This document shows positions 49,453 through 63,024 of a stretch of DNA of 64,000 bases, in pieces. Both the position numbers and the translations under genes were made by a program. How positions within the stretch are numbered: position 1 is the stretch's first letter; every line of letters starts with the position of its first letter. The notes under the pieces are model-generated. The model made no database searches. It had not been told where the DNA came from and saw only the letters and a list, made by a program, of their open reading frames with translations. This DNA is from Octopus sinensis. Lineage: Eukaryota. The DNA is taken from assembly GCF_006345805.1 (NCBI RefSeq), contig NC_043000.1, positions 148,056,001 to 148,120,000 of the forward strand, read 5' to 3'.

Positions 49453-49753
49453 TGTCACTGCAGTCAGTTTGATTTCTCTCTTTGCTGCCAAGATTCCAGT
49501 CTGTAATCCCAGTCTTTTGTCCTACTGTAACACTGTTCTAAATATGCAAATACACTTCTGTGTAAAAAATGTTTTAATGTCTTATTTTATCAAATTGGTC
49601 TGGAGAAGAGGGCAGTGCTCATGCATGCCTTCACAGGATTAAATCTGTCCTCTCACTGAGATGGTAGATTCAATATAGTTGATGTTCCACTTGAACATCC
49701 ACTTAGAAGCCAACATCTATTTAAAGGGAATTTCAGACGGCTATTACAATATC

Positions 49754-49943
49754 TATTTCTTTACTACCCACAAGGGGCTAAACACAGAGGGGACAAACAT
49801 GGACAGACAAAGGGATTAAGCCGATTACATCGACCCCCAGTGCGTAACTGGTACTTTATTTATCAACCCCGAAAGGATGAAAGGCAAAGTCGACCTTGGC
49901 GGAATTTGAACTCAGAACGTAACGGCGGACGAAATACGGCTAC
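49754..49943 (-). mobile_element. Meta-like SINE (5'-truncated)
   Basis: Reverse complement of 22365-22550. Confidence 0.85.
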
Positions 49944-50110
49944 GTGGGATAGAACAAGTGGGTGGACATGGAAGAGAGAGAGGAAAAATGAGTGATTTTG
50001 CAGAAGGGACATGAAACCAGCTAGTTACAAGGAGTTGTAGTAGTACATTGTTATGTTATATGTGTATGTGTGTAAAATAATTCTTATATTTTCTCTATTC
50101 TTATCTATAG

Positions 50111-50191
50111 GTGTTGCAAAACCTTGGAAAAGCTGCACGAACCACAGATCAAACATTTGATGAATATGTGAGCAATTTCAACAAGCAGCAG
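50111..50191 (+). CDS. Amph: Internal coding exon (exon 2 equivalent) of an amphiphysin/BIN1 N-BAR protein
   Basis: Polypyrimidine tract plus TAG acceptor, then 81 nt in phase 0 encoding VLQNLGKAARTTDQTFDEYVSNFNKQQ, then a GTAAAA donor. Closely resembles Drosophila Amph ILQNLGKVDRTADEIFDDHLNNFNRQQ and human BIN1 [27 protein letters not shown], both recalled from memory. Confidence 0.92.
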
Positions 50192-50249
50192 GTAAAATAT
50201 TTGAATAATGATGATGGAAAAGATGTGTATGTGTATGTATATATATATA

Positions 50250-50284
<35 letters not shown>

Positions 50285-50628
50285 CTTTTACTCTTTACTC
50301 TTTTACTTGTTTCAGTCATTTGATTGCGGCCATGCTGGAGCACCGCCTTTAGTCAAGCAACTCGACCCCGGGACTTATTCTTTTGTAAGCCCAGTACTTA
50401 TTCTATCGGTCTCTTTTGCCGAACCGCTAAGTAACGGGGACATAAGACACACAAACACACACGCATATATATATACATATATACGACGGGCTTCTTTCAG
50501 TTTCCGTCTACCAAATCCACTCCGAGCCTATAGTAGAAGACACTTGCCCAGGGTGCCACGCAGTGGGACTGAACCCGGAACCATGTGGTTGGTAGACAAG
50601 CTACTTACCACACAGCCACTCCTGCGCC
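50285..50628 (-). mobile_element. SINE family A (internal deletions)
   Basis: Reverse-complement copy about 95 bp downstream of the exon donor. Confidence 0.9.
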
Positions 50629-50634
50629 TATAAC

Positions 50635-50671
<37 letters not shown>

Positions 50672-50699
50672 AAGCTGCTGTACTCTTTGATAGATGAGT

Positions 50700-51495
50700 A
50701 AAGTCCTCACACTCATTAAGATGGCTGTATGGTTGAGAAGTTTGCTTCCTAGCCATATAGTCTCAGGTTCAGTCTCTCTGCATGACACCTTGGGCAAGTG
50801 TCTTCTATTGGAGCCATGCATAAACTAAAGCCTTGTGAGTTGATGGAAACTGAAAGAAGCCTGTTGCATATGCGTGTGTGTGTGTGTGTCTCTGTGTCTT
50901 GATATCACATGATATTTGTAAATAAATGTCATTGCTATACAGGTGTGGTGTCATTCATTGCCAGTATTCTGCAAAAATCTGTCTGGCCATGGGGTAACAT
51001 TACTTTGCATGGAAACAGGTGAGGGTTGGTGACAAGAAGGGCATCCAGCTGTAGAAAGACTACATCAATGAATTCTACCTGATATATGGAAAAGTGGATA
51101 TTAAAATGATGATGGGTATGTAAGAGGTGTAGATGTGGTTCTTTGTGATAAGAAGCTTGCCAACCACATGGGTCTGAACTGAGTCCCACTGCATCGTACC
51201 TTGGTCAAGTGTCTTCTACTATAGTTTCAGGCTGACCACAGCCTTTTGAGTGAATATTGCAGACAGAAACTGAATGAAGCCTGTCATATATGGTGTGTGT
51301 GTGTGTGTGTCTTTGTGTTTGTCCCCCATCACTGTTTGACAACCAGTGTTTGTTTATGTCCCTGTAACTTAGCAGTTTAACAAAAGAGATCAATAGAATA
51401 AATTTCACTAGGGTTGATTCATTTGACTAAAATCCTTCAAGGCAGTACCTTAGAATTGCTGTGGTCCAATGACTGAAACAACTAAAAGATAAAAG
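50700..51495 (+). mobile_element. Two older, diverged family-A-related SINEs
   Basis: CCTTGGGCAAGTGTCTTCT and GAAACTGAAAGAAGCC blocks. Confidence 0.65.
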
Positions 51496-51502
51496 CTATA
51501 TA

Positions 51503-51572
<70 letters not shown>

Positions 51573-52067
51573 CCACCACACACACACCACACACACACAC
51601 ACCACACACACAGTGTAAGAGAAAATTCAATATTGGATGTTGGTCTATAAAACTTAACTAAATTCTTTAGACCAGAGCTCTTTCTATCTAAGTTTCTGAT
51701 CTAAAAAGGTTTAAAATATGATTATATTTTAACTTAAGAATACATTCAGAGTTATATCAGATACTACTCTTTCCACAACACTACCTCTGGAATAATGTAT
51801 TCGGATTACAATAAATAAAATAGAAGTATTAATATAATGCTTTTTGCTTATTTTGTTCATGTTGCCGTTGTTTTGCTTTTAATCTGGATATTCTTGTGGT
51901 TGTTTTAGATTGTATTTTTGGTATTATTTTGGTATTGTTGTTACTGCTGTTGTAGATTTGTAGCTTTGAGCTTATCTATTAGATGATGCTGTGATGCTTT
52001 CTTACAATGAGGGGGGAAAGTATCCGCAGCAGCTGAAGTGGAACAAATGATATTTCGAAATCTTTCA

Positions 52068-52620
52068 ACATCAATGGAAATTGTAGCTGAGATACCAGTG
52101 CCGGTGGCACGTAAGAGAACCGTCCGAACGTGGCCGTTGCCAGCGCCGCCCCGACTGGCCTCTGTGCCGGTGGCAAGTAAAAAGCACCATCCGATTGTGG
52201 CCGTTTGCCAGCCTCATCTGGCCCCCATGCCCATGGCATGTAAAAAGCACCATCCGATCGTGGCCGTTTGCCAGCCTCGTCTGGCACCTGTGCAGGTGGC
52301 ACATAAAAAGCACCCACTACACTCTCGGAGTGGTTGGCGTTAGGAAGGGCATCCAGCTGTAGAAACACTACCAGATCAGACTGGGCCTGGCGCAGCCTCC
52401 TGGCTTCCCAGACCCCAATTGAACCGTCCAACCCATGCTAGCATGGAAAATGGACGTTAAACGATGATGATGATGAGTGCTCAAAGTGAATGGTACCTGT
52501 GGATATGGGAGACCAAGTAAGACTTGGGATGAGACAGTGAAACGTGGTCTCAAGATGTTACGTCTGATGAAAGAGATGAGTGAAGACCATGTAGTTTGGT
52601 GATGTCACATAAGACTTGAT
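52068..52620 (+). mobile_element. RTE 3' UTR copy followed by an RTE ORF-end remnant
   Basis: Four GGCAC..AAAAAGCACC-type units, a (GAT)n tail, then GRPSKTWDETVK. Confidence 0.85.
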
Positions 52621-53281
52621 TTTTCTTGCAGACTTAGTGCTCATACCCCCCCCCGCCTATTGTTTTTCTATGTGAATCCATCTCCCCCCCACACCTATTT
52701 TCCATTCTATACCTTCAAATCCCATTACCATCTATTTCCCTAACCACTGTGCCTAGTCTGTATCCTCCAATCTCCTTTACACTTTGTGCCCCAACACTTA
52801 TATTCATATTAATATTTTTCTTTCTCTTTCATAAAGTTGAAGTTTTTAAGTGATTAAATATAACCATAAAACTGTTTTTGAAGGGTTTAGCAAACGACAC
52901 AAAGAAGGTTTAAGAAATTTTGACTTTACCAAGACCTTGTTTAGATCAAATTCCCCTATAATTTTCAATTATAGAATAATTTTGTTTCCTGCAAGCTCAT
53001 CTACTTACCTACAGATGTCAGGATTTCCCTACACTGGGGAATATGCCATATATGATTAATGAAATTACAAATACAGATAAAAATGAAGTACAAAAATTAC
53101 TCAGAAATGCATTTACAAACAATTAACTTATATATCCCTATTTTTAACACCCTTGTGACCTCTTGTAGAAGCATTTGTTTTAAGGAATCCCAGTTTGGAA
53201 ATGCTAATTAAGAACAATAGTTAGTGGCATGAGGAATTAACTGCTTCCTGAATATTGTATCAGACCCTTCTTTTTTTTTAA

Positions 53282-53500
53282 CCCTTTAGTATTTAAACTG
53301 GCCATATCCGGCCAAAATATTGAATCTGTTTTATGTTCAAACTGACCAGATCCAGGCTCTCACACCTACCCTACAATGTTATTCTACATTAAGTAATTAC
53401 ACCATCAAGATCTTGAAGATGTGAGATAATGCATGATTAATTAAAATCAATGGGAATCAATAAGCATTATGTTTGATTGAATAATCTGAACGCTAAAGGG
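53282..53500. mobile_element. piggyBac-type MITE, family 2
   Basis: TTAA TSD and TIRs. Confidence 0.88.
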
Positions 53501-54012
53501 TTAAAGCACTTTTATTTTTCCCTTGCATTCTTTCCATACTTGATCTTTCAGGTGTCAGATTTCTGCATTTCTCACATTCATTTTGAAAGAAATGTAGATC
53601 ATACGTTGTAAATTCATTTACATACAATATAAGAAGGAATTTTAGTTATTTGACTGTTTGATGTTTTACATAATGTTAAACAATTGCATCATATAAAGTC
53701 AGATAGGATAAAAGCATGATTGAAAGTAGTCTTACTGGATGTCTGCCTGAAGTTGAATTTCCACACTAATTGTAAGCATGTAACCAGAATATAATTTACC
53801 TTTGTTTCCAGTGCCCTGATTCATCAATCCTGTCAAAAATAGACAAGCTTACACAGAAAAAAAAAAAGAAGTTGATGTAATATGGATATTTATAAAAAGA
53901 ATGACATAAATAAAAATTAAAGCTTTATTTAACTCAAGATCACAAGTTAGACCTACAACATAGTCTCTGGTAAAAAAAAAAGAAAGACTTAAGATATTTA
54001 AAATGTACAATA

Positions 54013-54418
54013 GGCGCAGGAGTGGCTGTGTGGTAATTAGCTTGCTAACCAACCACATGGTTCCGGGTTCAGTCCCACTGCGTGGCATCTTGGGCAAGTG
54101 TCTTCTGCTATAGCCCCGGGCCGACCAATGCCTTGTGAGTGGATTTGGTAGACGGAAACTGAAAGAAGCCTGTCGTATATATGTATATATATATATATGT
54201 GTTTGTGTGTCTGTGTTTGTCCCCCTAGCATCACTTGACAACCGATGCTGGTGTGTTTACGTCCCCGTCACTTAGTGGTTCGGCAAAAGAGACCGATAGA
54301 ATAAGAACTGGGCTTAGAAAGAATAAGTCCCGGGGTCGATTTGCTCGACTAAATGCGGTGCTCCAGCATGGCCGCAGTAAAATGACTGAAACAAGTAAAA
54401 GAGTAAAAAATAGAGTAA
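54013..54418 (+). mobile_element. SINE family A
   Basis: Full-length copy. Confidence 0.9.
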
Positions 54419-55279
54419 TTCGCATTAACACCTTACCTGACTTTTATCTTTTTTAGAGATTGTAATTTTTATTACGTCCCCTTTCAATTTTATCAAGGCA
54501 CAAATTTGGTAAAGAAAATATTACAAAATAAATTTTGGTATTTATTTAAGGCAGAACTATAAGCCTCAGAATGTTATAATACTTTTAATCTTGTAATGCT
54601 TAATTCATCAATATGCAGAAAAAAAGAACATAAGGTTTTATTAGACTTTTAGATTATTTTAAGAGTATGTTTGATGTAAAAATTAAAATTCTTTTGCATA
54701 TATTATATATGAATTATTCAAATGTCAACAGTTCTGCTGCAACAACCAGATATTATAATTGCTTGCATCAATAATGTTGTTCAAATGCAAATAATCACTA
54801 GAGCTCATCAAAGCTTTCAATTTTGTTGTCTTTTTCCTATAATGGCGAAGTATTTGAGGTATCAAGAAATTTTAACAAAAGACAACTATTGTTCGTCTGT
54901 TTAATGCCCTTTTCTTTATAATATTTTCCATGCTAGCATGGGTTAATAGAAGAGTTATCTGAGGCAGTATTTTACTACTGGATGCTCTTCCTGTCACCAG
55001 CCTTTTCCTGTTCTAGTACAAATTTTTATTTATTCTCTTCAGCTTCAAATGTGCTGAGTGGTCAGTCATAATTAAGGAATGTCAATACCATCACTGTTTT
55101 GCTCAAGTAGTGACAAGCATAGAATATCAACTCTCTCTCACTCACTCACTCACTCACTCACTCACTCACTCACTCACTCACTCACACACACACACACCCA
55201 GACAGACAGACAGAGGTTTCCTGCTGATTTTGTCTTTCAAGTTCACTTAAGGCATTCATCAGTCTGGAGCTGTATGAGT

Positions 55280-55562
55280 ATGAGTACCTTTTTGATCTCC
55301 ATGTGTCCAACACACGTGGACATGCCTACAAAGTCAGAAAACAACACAGCTCCCATGACTTTCGGAAACATTTTTTCACGCTCAGAGTTGCTGAAGCATG
55401 GAACAAACTGCCTGCGTCAGTTGTTGACTGCCATGGCACTGCATCCTTTAAGGCCCTCATGCTTTCCGAAATCCGCCGAAACTACACCTGATTATATATA
55501 CACTTTAGATGAGTTGTAGTGCACCTGAGCACTGTACAGAATTATTATTATTATTATTATTG
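55280..55562 (+). mobile_element. CR1 LINE 3' end with (ATT)n tail
   Basis: NTRGHAYKV...RKHFFTLRVAEAWNKLPASVV....SFK followed by a stop. A diverged copy at ~56740-57680 is split by a SINE. Confidence 0.85.
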
Positions 55563-55937
55563 TTATACCTATACAAGTAGCTGTGTGGTGGAATTGAACC
55601 TGATACCATGTGGTTCAAAGCAAACTTCTTAACCACACTGCTATGCCTGCATATATGGTTAAAAAATGACTCTAAGAGCAGCACAAATTATTTTGCACTA
55701 ATAATATTTAAATGAAGATTTCTAAATGAGTGTAAGTTAATCGTTTAAACACTATGCTAATTTTAATTAGTTTGTTCAGAATAATGAAAAATGAGATTAA
55801 ATGACTTCATCATTTGTATATCATGTGAAGGAATTTGATATATTGGTCCTATGTTCCCTCAAACTACATATCAGTTTCAAGTTAAGTTTAGTAGTAATAG
55901 TTCAAGTGGTGATGGTAGCAGTTTTCCTTAATCTTTT

Positions 55938-55984
<47 letters not shown>

Positions 55985-56960
55985 AGCTAATCACATTTAG
56001 AGAAGCAGTTCCTGACATTGCAGGCTCTCTCTGACTGATGCCCAGCTCGAAAAGTTTATAGATCAATGTGGGTGGGAAGGGAGCTTGCTTAATGCATGTA
56101 ATATTAAAGGTATTCTAGCTATGATCATCCTGTTTTTTTTTTTGTTTTTGTTTTTTTTTGCAGATAGTGAATTTCGAGTTACATTATCCAGTTATTATCT
56201 TTGTCTCTCTTCTGCTCTTTCTCTCTCTCATCAACCAAATAAACTGCTGTTTTAATAATTTATGTGAAAATATTTTGCCATGATGATTTTGTCTTTAAAA
56301 AGAATTTTTTTTTTTTTTTAGTTGATGTGTATCTAGGACTACATTATTGAATTTATTTTTGTTTTTAAAATAGTAGGCTGTGATTTGAAGATTTGCCTGT
56401 TATTTCTATCAGGTCAAGTGACCAGATATATGCCCCTTTGCTCTTGTACTAATTGGTTGCTGTCTCTGTTGGAGAGGATGGAAGTTCAGTGCCTTTCAAC
56501 AAGAATCATTAAAAGAGCTAAGAAGATGTCTTAACATCACTTAGCAAGGCCTATACCCACTGCCCCACCAGCTATCTACTTAAAGCTATATGTGGCTATG
56601 GTATGTTCACACAGTTTGCATTGCTTGTCAGAAACCCTCATCTTGTCCGGAATATTGATCTGCTGGAAGATTAATCTGGTTACACATTTGTGGGCATGCA
56701 AACAGATGATACCCCTCTGTCAGTCACCATAATATATTGAATATATTGCTTCTCTGGGTATCAATCGATACATCAAAGTTTCAACTTCAAGCAGCAGATT
56801 TGATAGAAGCCCACAACATTATCCACCATCTTTCCAACAACTTAAGCCACTTTTTTTTTTATACTTCAGTATCTCTATCACCCATGGACATGCTTATAAA
56901 ATCAAAAAAAACAACATAGCACCCATGACTTTCAGAAACACTCTTTCACCCTCAGAATTA

Positions 56961-57178
56961 CTCTTTTACTTGTTTCAGTCATTTGACTGCGGCCATGCTG
57001 GAGCATCACCTTTAATCGAGCAACTCGACCCCGGGACTTATTCTTTTGTAAGCCCAGTACTTATTCTATCGGTCTCTTTTGCCGAACCGCTAAGTGACGG
57101 GGACGTAAACATACCAGCATCGATTGTCAAGCAATGCTAGGGGGCCAAACACAGACACAAACACACACACATACACAT

Positions 57179-57227
<49 letters not shown>

Positions 57228-57388
57228 TATGACGGGCTTCTTTCAGTTTCCGTCTACCAAATCCACTCAAAAGGCTTTGGTCGGCCCAAGGCTATAGTAG
57301 AAGACACTTGCCCAAGGTGCCACGCAGTGGGACTGAACCCGGAACCATGTGGTTGGTAAACAAGCTACTTACCACACAGCCACTCCTG
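56961..57388 (-). mobile_element. SINE family A inserted in an old CR1 tail
   Basis: Reverse-complement copy; the CR1 sequence resumes on both sides. Confidence 0.9.
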
Positions 57389-57879
57389 TTGAAGTATGGA
57401 ATAAACTATCTTAGCTGTCGGGACATGGCATCTTTCAAATTTCTTACACTTCTCAAAATTTGCTAACACTACTTGTGACGTGCCTGTGCACTGCTTACTC
57501 TTTAGGATTCCCTTGACATTCTCTTTTCTATCTTTTTTGTGACTTATTGTGTACAGTGTGCATGTACTTGTAGTCTTCATTGTTGTTTTTCTTGACTTAT
57601 ATGTCTGCTTTCTGTCCCACTTTTAACCTTCTCTGGCTAGTTGTAGTGCACCTGTGCATTGTATACAATGAGCTCATTATTTTATAAGACAGTGTAATAC
57701 TAGCTTCCTAATAAAATCATTAAACTCCTCAGTTGAGAAGCATACTATTTATGTTATCATATAACTACAGTTTAGCTATATCTTTCTTTACTTCAGTTTC
57801 CTCTTACCCCTACCACTCTCATTAACTAGATAAACTGCAGTTTTAATAAATTATGTGAAAATATTTAACCTTGAAAAGA

Positions 57880-58195
57880 GATCTCTCATTCTCCTCTTTT
57901 TTTCCTTTCATTTTTCTGGCATTTTTCCTTCTTGTCTTTCCTCTTCTTTATCTTTTATTTTTATTTTCTCTCCTCCCCCCCTCTTTTCTCTTCTTTCATT
58001 CTTTCTCTTTTACCCCATCTATCTTTTTTTCCCCTCTTTCCCTTTACACGCTCTCTTTATCTATCTCCCTTTCTGTTTTTCCTTTTTATGTTTTCTTTTT
58101 TATTACTTCCTCACTTTGTCATTTGTATTTCCCTCATTTCTGTTTCACTTTTTTTTTTCCATTTTTACTTTCTTCTTTCTCTTTTCCTCCTCATA
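57880..58195. repeat. Polypyrimidine low-complexity tract
   Basis: About 300 bp almost entirely T/C. Confidence 0.9.
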
Positions 58196-59631
58196 TGTAT
58201 ACTCCCATTCCACCCGCCCTCTAACAGAAACAGAATAGATAGAGACAAGCTCTTTAGTTATTGAAATTCAGGAAAAATTCTATCAATAGGATTAGCTATT
58301 TTGTTGGATGGAACATGTATATTTAAACAAATTTTTCCATCTATAAAGTAAATTTCAAATTCCTCTCACTACTATTGCTGATGTCATAAGAACAGAACAT
58401 TTATAAATGAACGATCAGTTAGTTTATTCCACCCCACCCTTTCATGTGTGTTGCTTGAACACTATTTGCCTCAGTCTACCAGGATAATAACAGCTTTGGT
58501 AACCAACATGCCCGATTTTTAACAGTTTGCAAATAAATGTATGTAGTTGAAATCAGATGGAACATAAAATCAATATTATTGTAAAAATATTTGGAAGAAA
58601 AATTCAAAACAACCAATACCAATTGAATGAGACAGTTTATTATTTCTGAGTTCAAATACTGCTGTAGTCAAATTTTTATCCCTTTTTTTGCATCATTAAA
58701 AAAGTAAAAAATCAACTGTATTCTCCATAAAAATGTGTGATCTTGCATTTATTGTAGACATTATTATTATTATTATTATTATGAGAAGTCTTTCTTTGGT
58801 GTTTCATGCATGTTTCTGCTGCACCGCTTGGTGCACCTCCATGTTCCTGAGATCTGTATGGCATTATTTTTCTGAGGGTCGTGGGGAGTACAGATTCTTC
58901 CTGATGGTATACTGCACCAATTTTTGTTATGGGGTTCAGTTTCTTGTTTCATTAGTGTGTTTTGTTGTGTGTGGTATGTGCAATGTTAGTTGTGTTATCC
59001 TGTATTTTTTTGTATGAGTTGTGTTTTAGGTTATTAGGTGTTTGTTGTATAGGGTGTGTATTGTGTGTGAAAATTGTAGATGAAGGGCTATGTTGTCTAG
59101 TGCATCAGCCTTTTATTTAAGAAATTAGAAAGTCAAGTGACCTTGTGGAGTCTCCATCATTAGCTCATTGGTGAATGTTGAATGCAGTGGTTCGTACTTA
59201 CTGGCTTGTATCTAACTTGTACTCCATCAGTTTTGATGGGGAGCATTCCTGATCATGAAATTAATGTGCAAGTGGCTGAGCACTCCACAAACATGTGTGG
59301 CCTTAATGTAATTCTCAGAGAGATTCAGTGAGACATAGAATATGACAAGATTGGCCCTTTGAATTACAAGTACAACTTGTATTTACCAGCTGAGTGAACC
59401 GGAACAACATGAAATTGTCTTGCTCAAGGACACAATGTACCATCAAGAATTGAACTCACAACCTTGTGGTTATGAGCCAAATACCATAATCACTATGCTA
59501 TGTGCCTTCACTAACTTACATCTATAGATACAATTACTATTAAGTATATTTGAGATTGTTCTATTTCTTATGTTATGCTTCTATTATAATTTTGTAAAAA
59601 AAAAAGATTAAAAAATAAAAAAAAAAGAATA

Positions 59632-60035
59632 GGCGCAGGAGTGGCTGTGTGGTAAGTAGCTTGCTAACCAACCACATGGTTCCGGGTTCAATCCCACTGC
59701 ATGGCATCTTGGGCAAGTGCCTTCTGCTATAGCCTCAGGCCGACCAATGCCTTGTGAGTGGATTTGGTAGACGGAAACTGAAAGAAGCCTGTCGGATATA
59801 TGTATATATGTATGTGTGTGTATGTTTGTGTGTCTGTGTTTGTCCCCCTAGCATTGCTTGACAACCGATGCTGGTGTGTTTATGTCCCCGTCAATTAGTG
59901 GTTCGGCAAAAAGAGACCGATAGAATAAGTACTGGGCTTACAAAGAATAAGTCCTGGGTTCGAGTTGCTCAATTAAAGGTGGTGCTCCAGCATGGCCGCA
60001 GTCAAATGACTGAAACAAGTAAAAGAGTAAAAGAG
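59632..60035 (+). mobile_element. SINE family A
   Basis: Full-length copy. Confidence 0.9.
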
Positions 60036-60440
60036 AAAGATAATTTTTCAAGTTCGTATATTAAGTATAACTAAAAGCTAGGCAGTAGATGACCTTTCTA
60101 TTTTCTCAGAGCAGAGGATGGTTCAGGTGAAACATTTTAAAGTGAAAAAATTTGATGAAGGCAAATAGATTGGGTTGTTGTTAAATTCAAATCTGATTGA
60201 GTAGACCTATGACCGAAGTTATTCCAGTTGTGACTATACAGTGTTTTTCAACAGGAACATCAAAGGCTACATTATTTAATGTCCTTTTCTTATACTAAAA
60301 TTTGTGATTTGAGGGAGATTTGGCTGCTCTTTTTAGTAGATTCAGCATTCATATAGAAGCTTCTGTCATGGCTTATATGTAAAGAGATTATACTTAAGTG
60401 ATAGGACATTTATATTACTAAGGTTGTTAATGTTTATCCT

Positions 60441-60600
60441 ATGTTAATCCTGACTCTGACCAACTGACTATTTTTGGTCACATGTTAATCCTGACTCTGA
60501 CCAACTGACTTTTTTTGGTCACATGTTAATCCTGACTCTGACCAACTGACTTTTTTTGGTCACATGTTAATCCTGACTGTGACCAACCTACTTTTTTTTT
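60441..60600. repeat. 41-bp tandem repeat, about 4 copies
   Basis: Unit ATGTTAATCCTGACTCTGACCAACTGACTTTTTTTGGTCAC. Confidence 0.95.
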
Positions 60601-62377
60601 GTATATTTGTGGTAATATTGTCCAAAATAGTACTTTTAAGACCATTGTATGTGATTTGAGATTTGGCTGTTATTTTTATTTTTTGAAGGCTAAACAACAG
60701 TGTGGAGTCTTTTGTTACCTCACCCAAGCGACTGTAGAAAGCTCCCTCTTTTTGTAATTATATCTTGTTGAGTAAATCAGATTAATAGTTGGATAAATAA
60801 TGTGAATGGGAAAGTTTGGTGTCTTTTAGCCAGAAGCATGCTTTTAACTTGTTTAGAATGGCTGAAGATGTTATGGATTATAATGATTTCTACTACTTCT
60901 TCATCTTCTCTTTAGTTTTCTCCTCCTTTGCCTTTTTTTCTTTTTTTTTGCTCTTGTAATTATTATTACAGCAGCATCCATATTATAACTGATGACTATT
61001 GCAGCATTTTCACTGCTGTAAAAAAATCTATCATGTAGGTCACCCAGCAAGCGATTGAAATAGGTTTTAGGTTAATGGGTTCTCAAAGGTGGTGGTGGTA
61101 GTATTTAGTTATGTTCATTTGTGTTCTAAGTTCAAATCTCACTTCAGTTGATTTTGCTTTCGTCCTTTCAGCATTAATAAAGTAAAGTAGGAGTCAAGTA
61201 TTGAGGTCAGTCTGTCTGTTCCTATGTAAAATATCTGGTCTTTTAAGTTAGAAATCATCATTATAAAATCTAGAAGAAACTGTCCAGAGAACCATCATTC
61301 TGTAAATTGGTTGGAATTAGGAAGGGCATCCAGCCATAGGAACCATTCCAAAGCAGACATTGGAACTTGGCATAATCATCTGGTTTGCTAGCCCTTATTG
61401 AACTGGCCAACCCATGCCAGCATAAGAAACAGATGTTGAATGGTGATGATATGTGTATGTATAACTTCATCTTTTTCCTTTGTGTGTGTGTTTATAAGAC
61501 ATATTGTCCAATCTGTTAAAGAAACATCCAAACATATGAAATGGTGCAATATTTAACGAAAATGAAATAAATATTTGTGAAATAGCTTTAAAATATTTAT
61601 TAGAAACATTAAGTTATAAATTAGAGAAATATTTCTTTCGTTACATTGTAAGCAATATTTTCTTAATTTTTTTTTAGTGTTCTAATTGTCAAAACTGTGA
61701 TAATCAATGTAAATTAGACTGGTAGGCGGAAATAACAAAGAATCTAAGTTTAAAAATGGAGATAAGAATTTGGGGAAGAGTGAATGAAAGTTGTAGAAAG
61801 TGAACTGTGGGTTTTGAGCAATGGTTGTACTCGAAATGAACAATAAAAGCTATGTTTTTAAAAGATTTATTATAATTGGAATTTCTAAGATTTTACTGTA
61901 TTTGACTGATCCAAAAGATAGTTTAGAGTTTTGGTTACATATCTAGAAATACCTGGAAAAGCATCATTTTATACACACATACACACTTATAAGTCAGTTG
62001 AGTGGTATAATTGGATAATTGGCAGAGCATTAGACCAAATGGCTTGCAACAGTTATTTACTTCCCCTTTGTACTGAGTTTAAATTCTTTTGAAGTGAACT
62101 TTTCTTTCATTACCTTGGAATCAGTAAAATAAGTACCACCAATTTGTGGCCTTGTTCCTAATTTAGAAATCATTGTTATAGAGGGCAGTGGTTGGCAGAA
62201 ATAGTAGAGTGCAAGATAAAAACAGTTAGTACAAGCTTATGTTCTTCACCAGGGTAATCTTTTTCTTTTCTTCTAGTATCAATTAAGTAAACACTAGTCA
62301 AGTACTGGGATCAATCATGTTAAGTGCTCCACCTTCATGTATTTTTGTGGATAGATTAGAAATAAAACTGAGGTAGT

Positions 62378-62780
62378 GGTGCAGGAGTGGCTGTGTGGTA
62401 AGTAGCTTGCTAACCAACCACATGGTTCTGGGTTCAGTCCCACTGCGTGGCATCTTGAGCAAGTGTCTTCTGCTATAGCCCCGGGCCGACCAATGCCTTG
62501 CGAGTGGATTTGGTTGACGGAAACTGAAAGAAGCGCCTGTCGTGTATATGTATATATATGTGTGTGTGTTTGTGTGTCTGTGTTTGTCCCCCTAGCATTG
62601 CTTGACAACCGATGCTGGTGTGTTTATGTCCCCGTCACTTAGCGGTTCGGCAAAAAGAGACCGATAGAATAAGTACTGGGCTTACAAAGAATAAGTCCTG
62701 GGGTCAAGTTGCTCGATTAAAGGCGGTGCTCCAGCATGGCCGCAGTCAAATGACTGAAACAAGTAAAAGAGTAAAAGAGA
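62378..62780 (+). mobile_element. SINE family A
   Basis: Full-length copy. Confidence 0.9.
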
Positions 62781-63024
62781 AAGATAATTTTTCAAGTTTG
62801 TATATTAAGTATAACTAAAAGCTAGGCAGTAGGTGACCTTTCTATTTTCTCAGAGCAGAGGATGGTTCAGTTGAAACATTTTAAGGTAAAAAAATTTGAT
62901 GAAGCAAATAGATTGGGTTGTTAAATTCAAATCTGATTGAGTAGACCTATGATCGAAGTTATTCCAGTTGTGACTGTACAGTGTTTTTCAACAGGAACAT
63001 CAAAGGCTACATTATTTAATGTGT

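Noticed and set aside
50192-50323. Extension of the 70-aa ORF beyond the amphiphysin-like 27 codons
   Set aside because: Similarity stops at the GT donor; the remainder is intron, microsatellite and SINE.
57855-58264. Phe/Leu/Ser-rich ORFs resembling membrane proteins
   Set aside because: Artefact of a polypyrimidine tract, open in all three frames.
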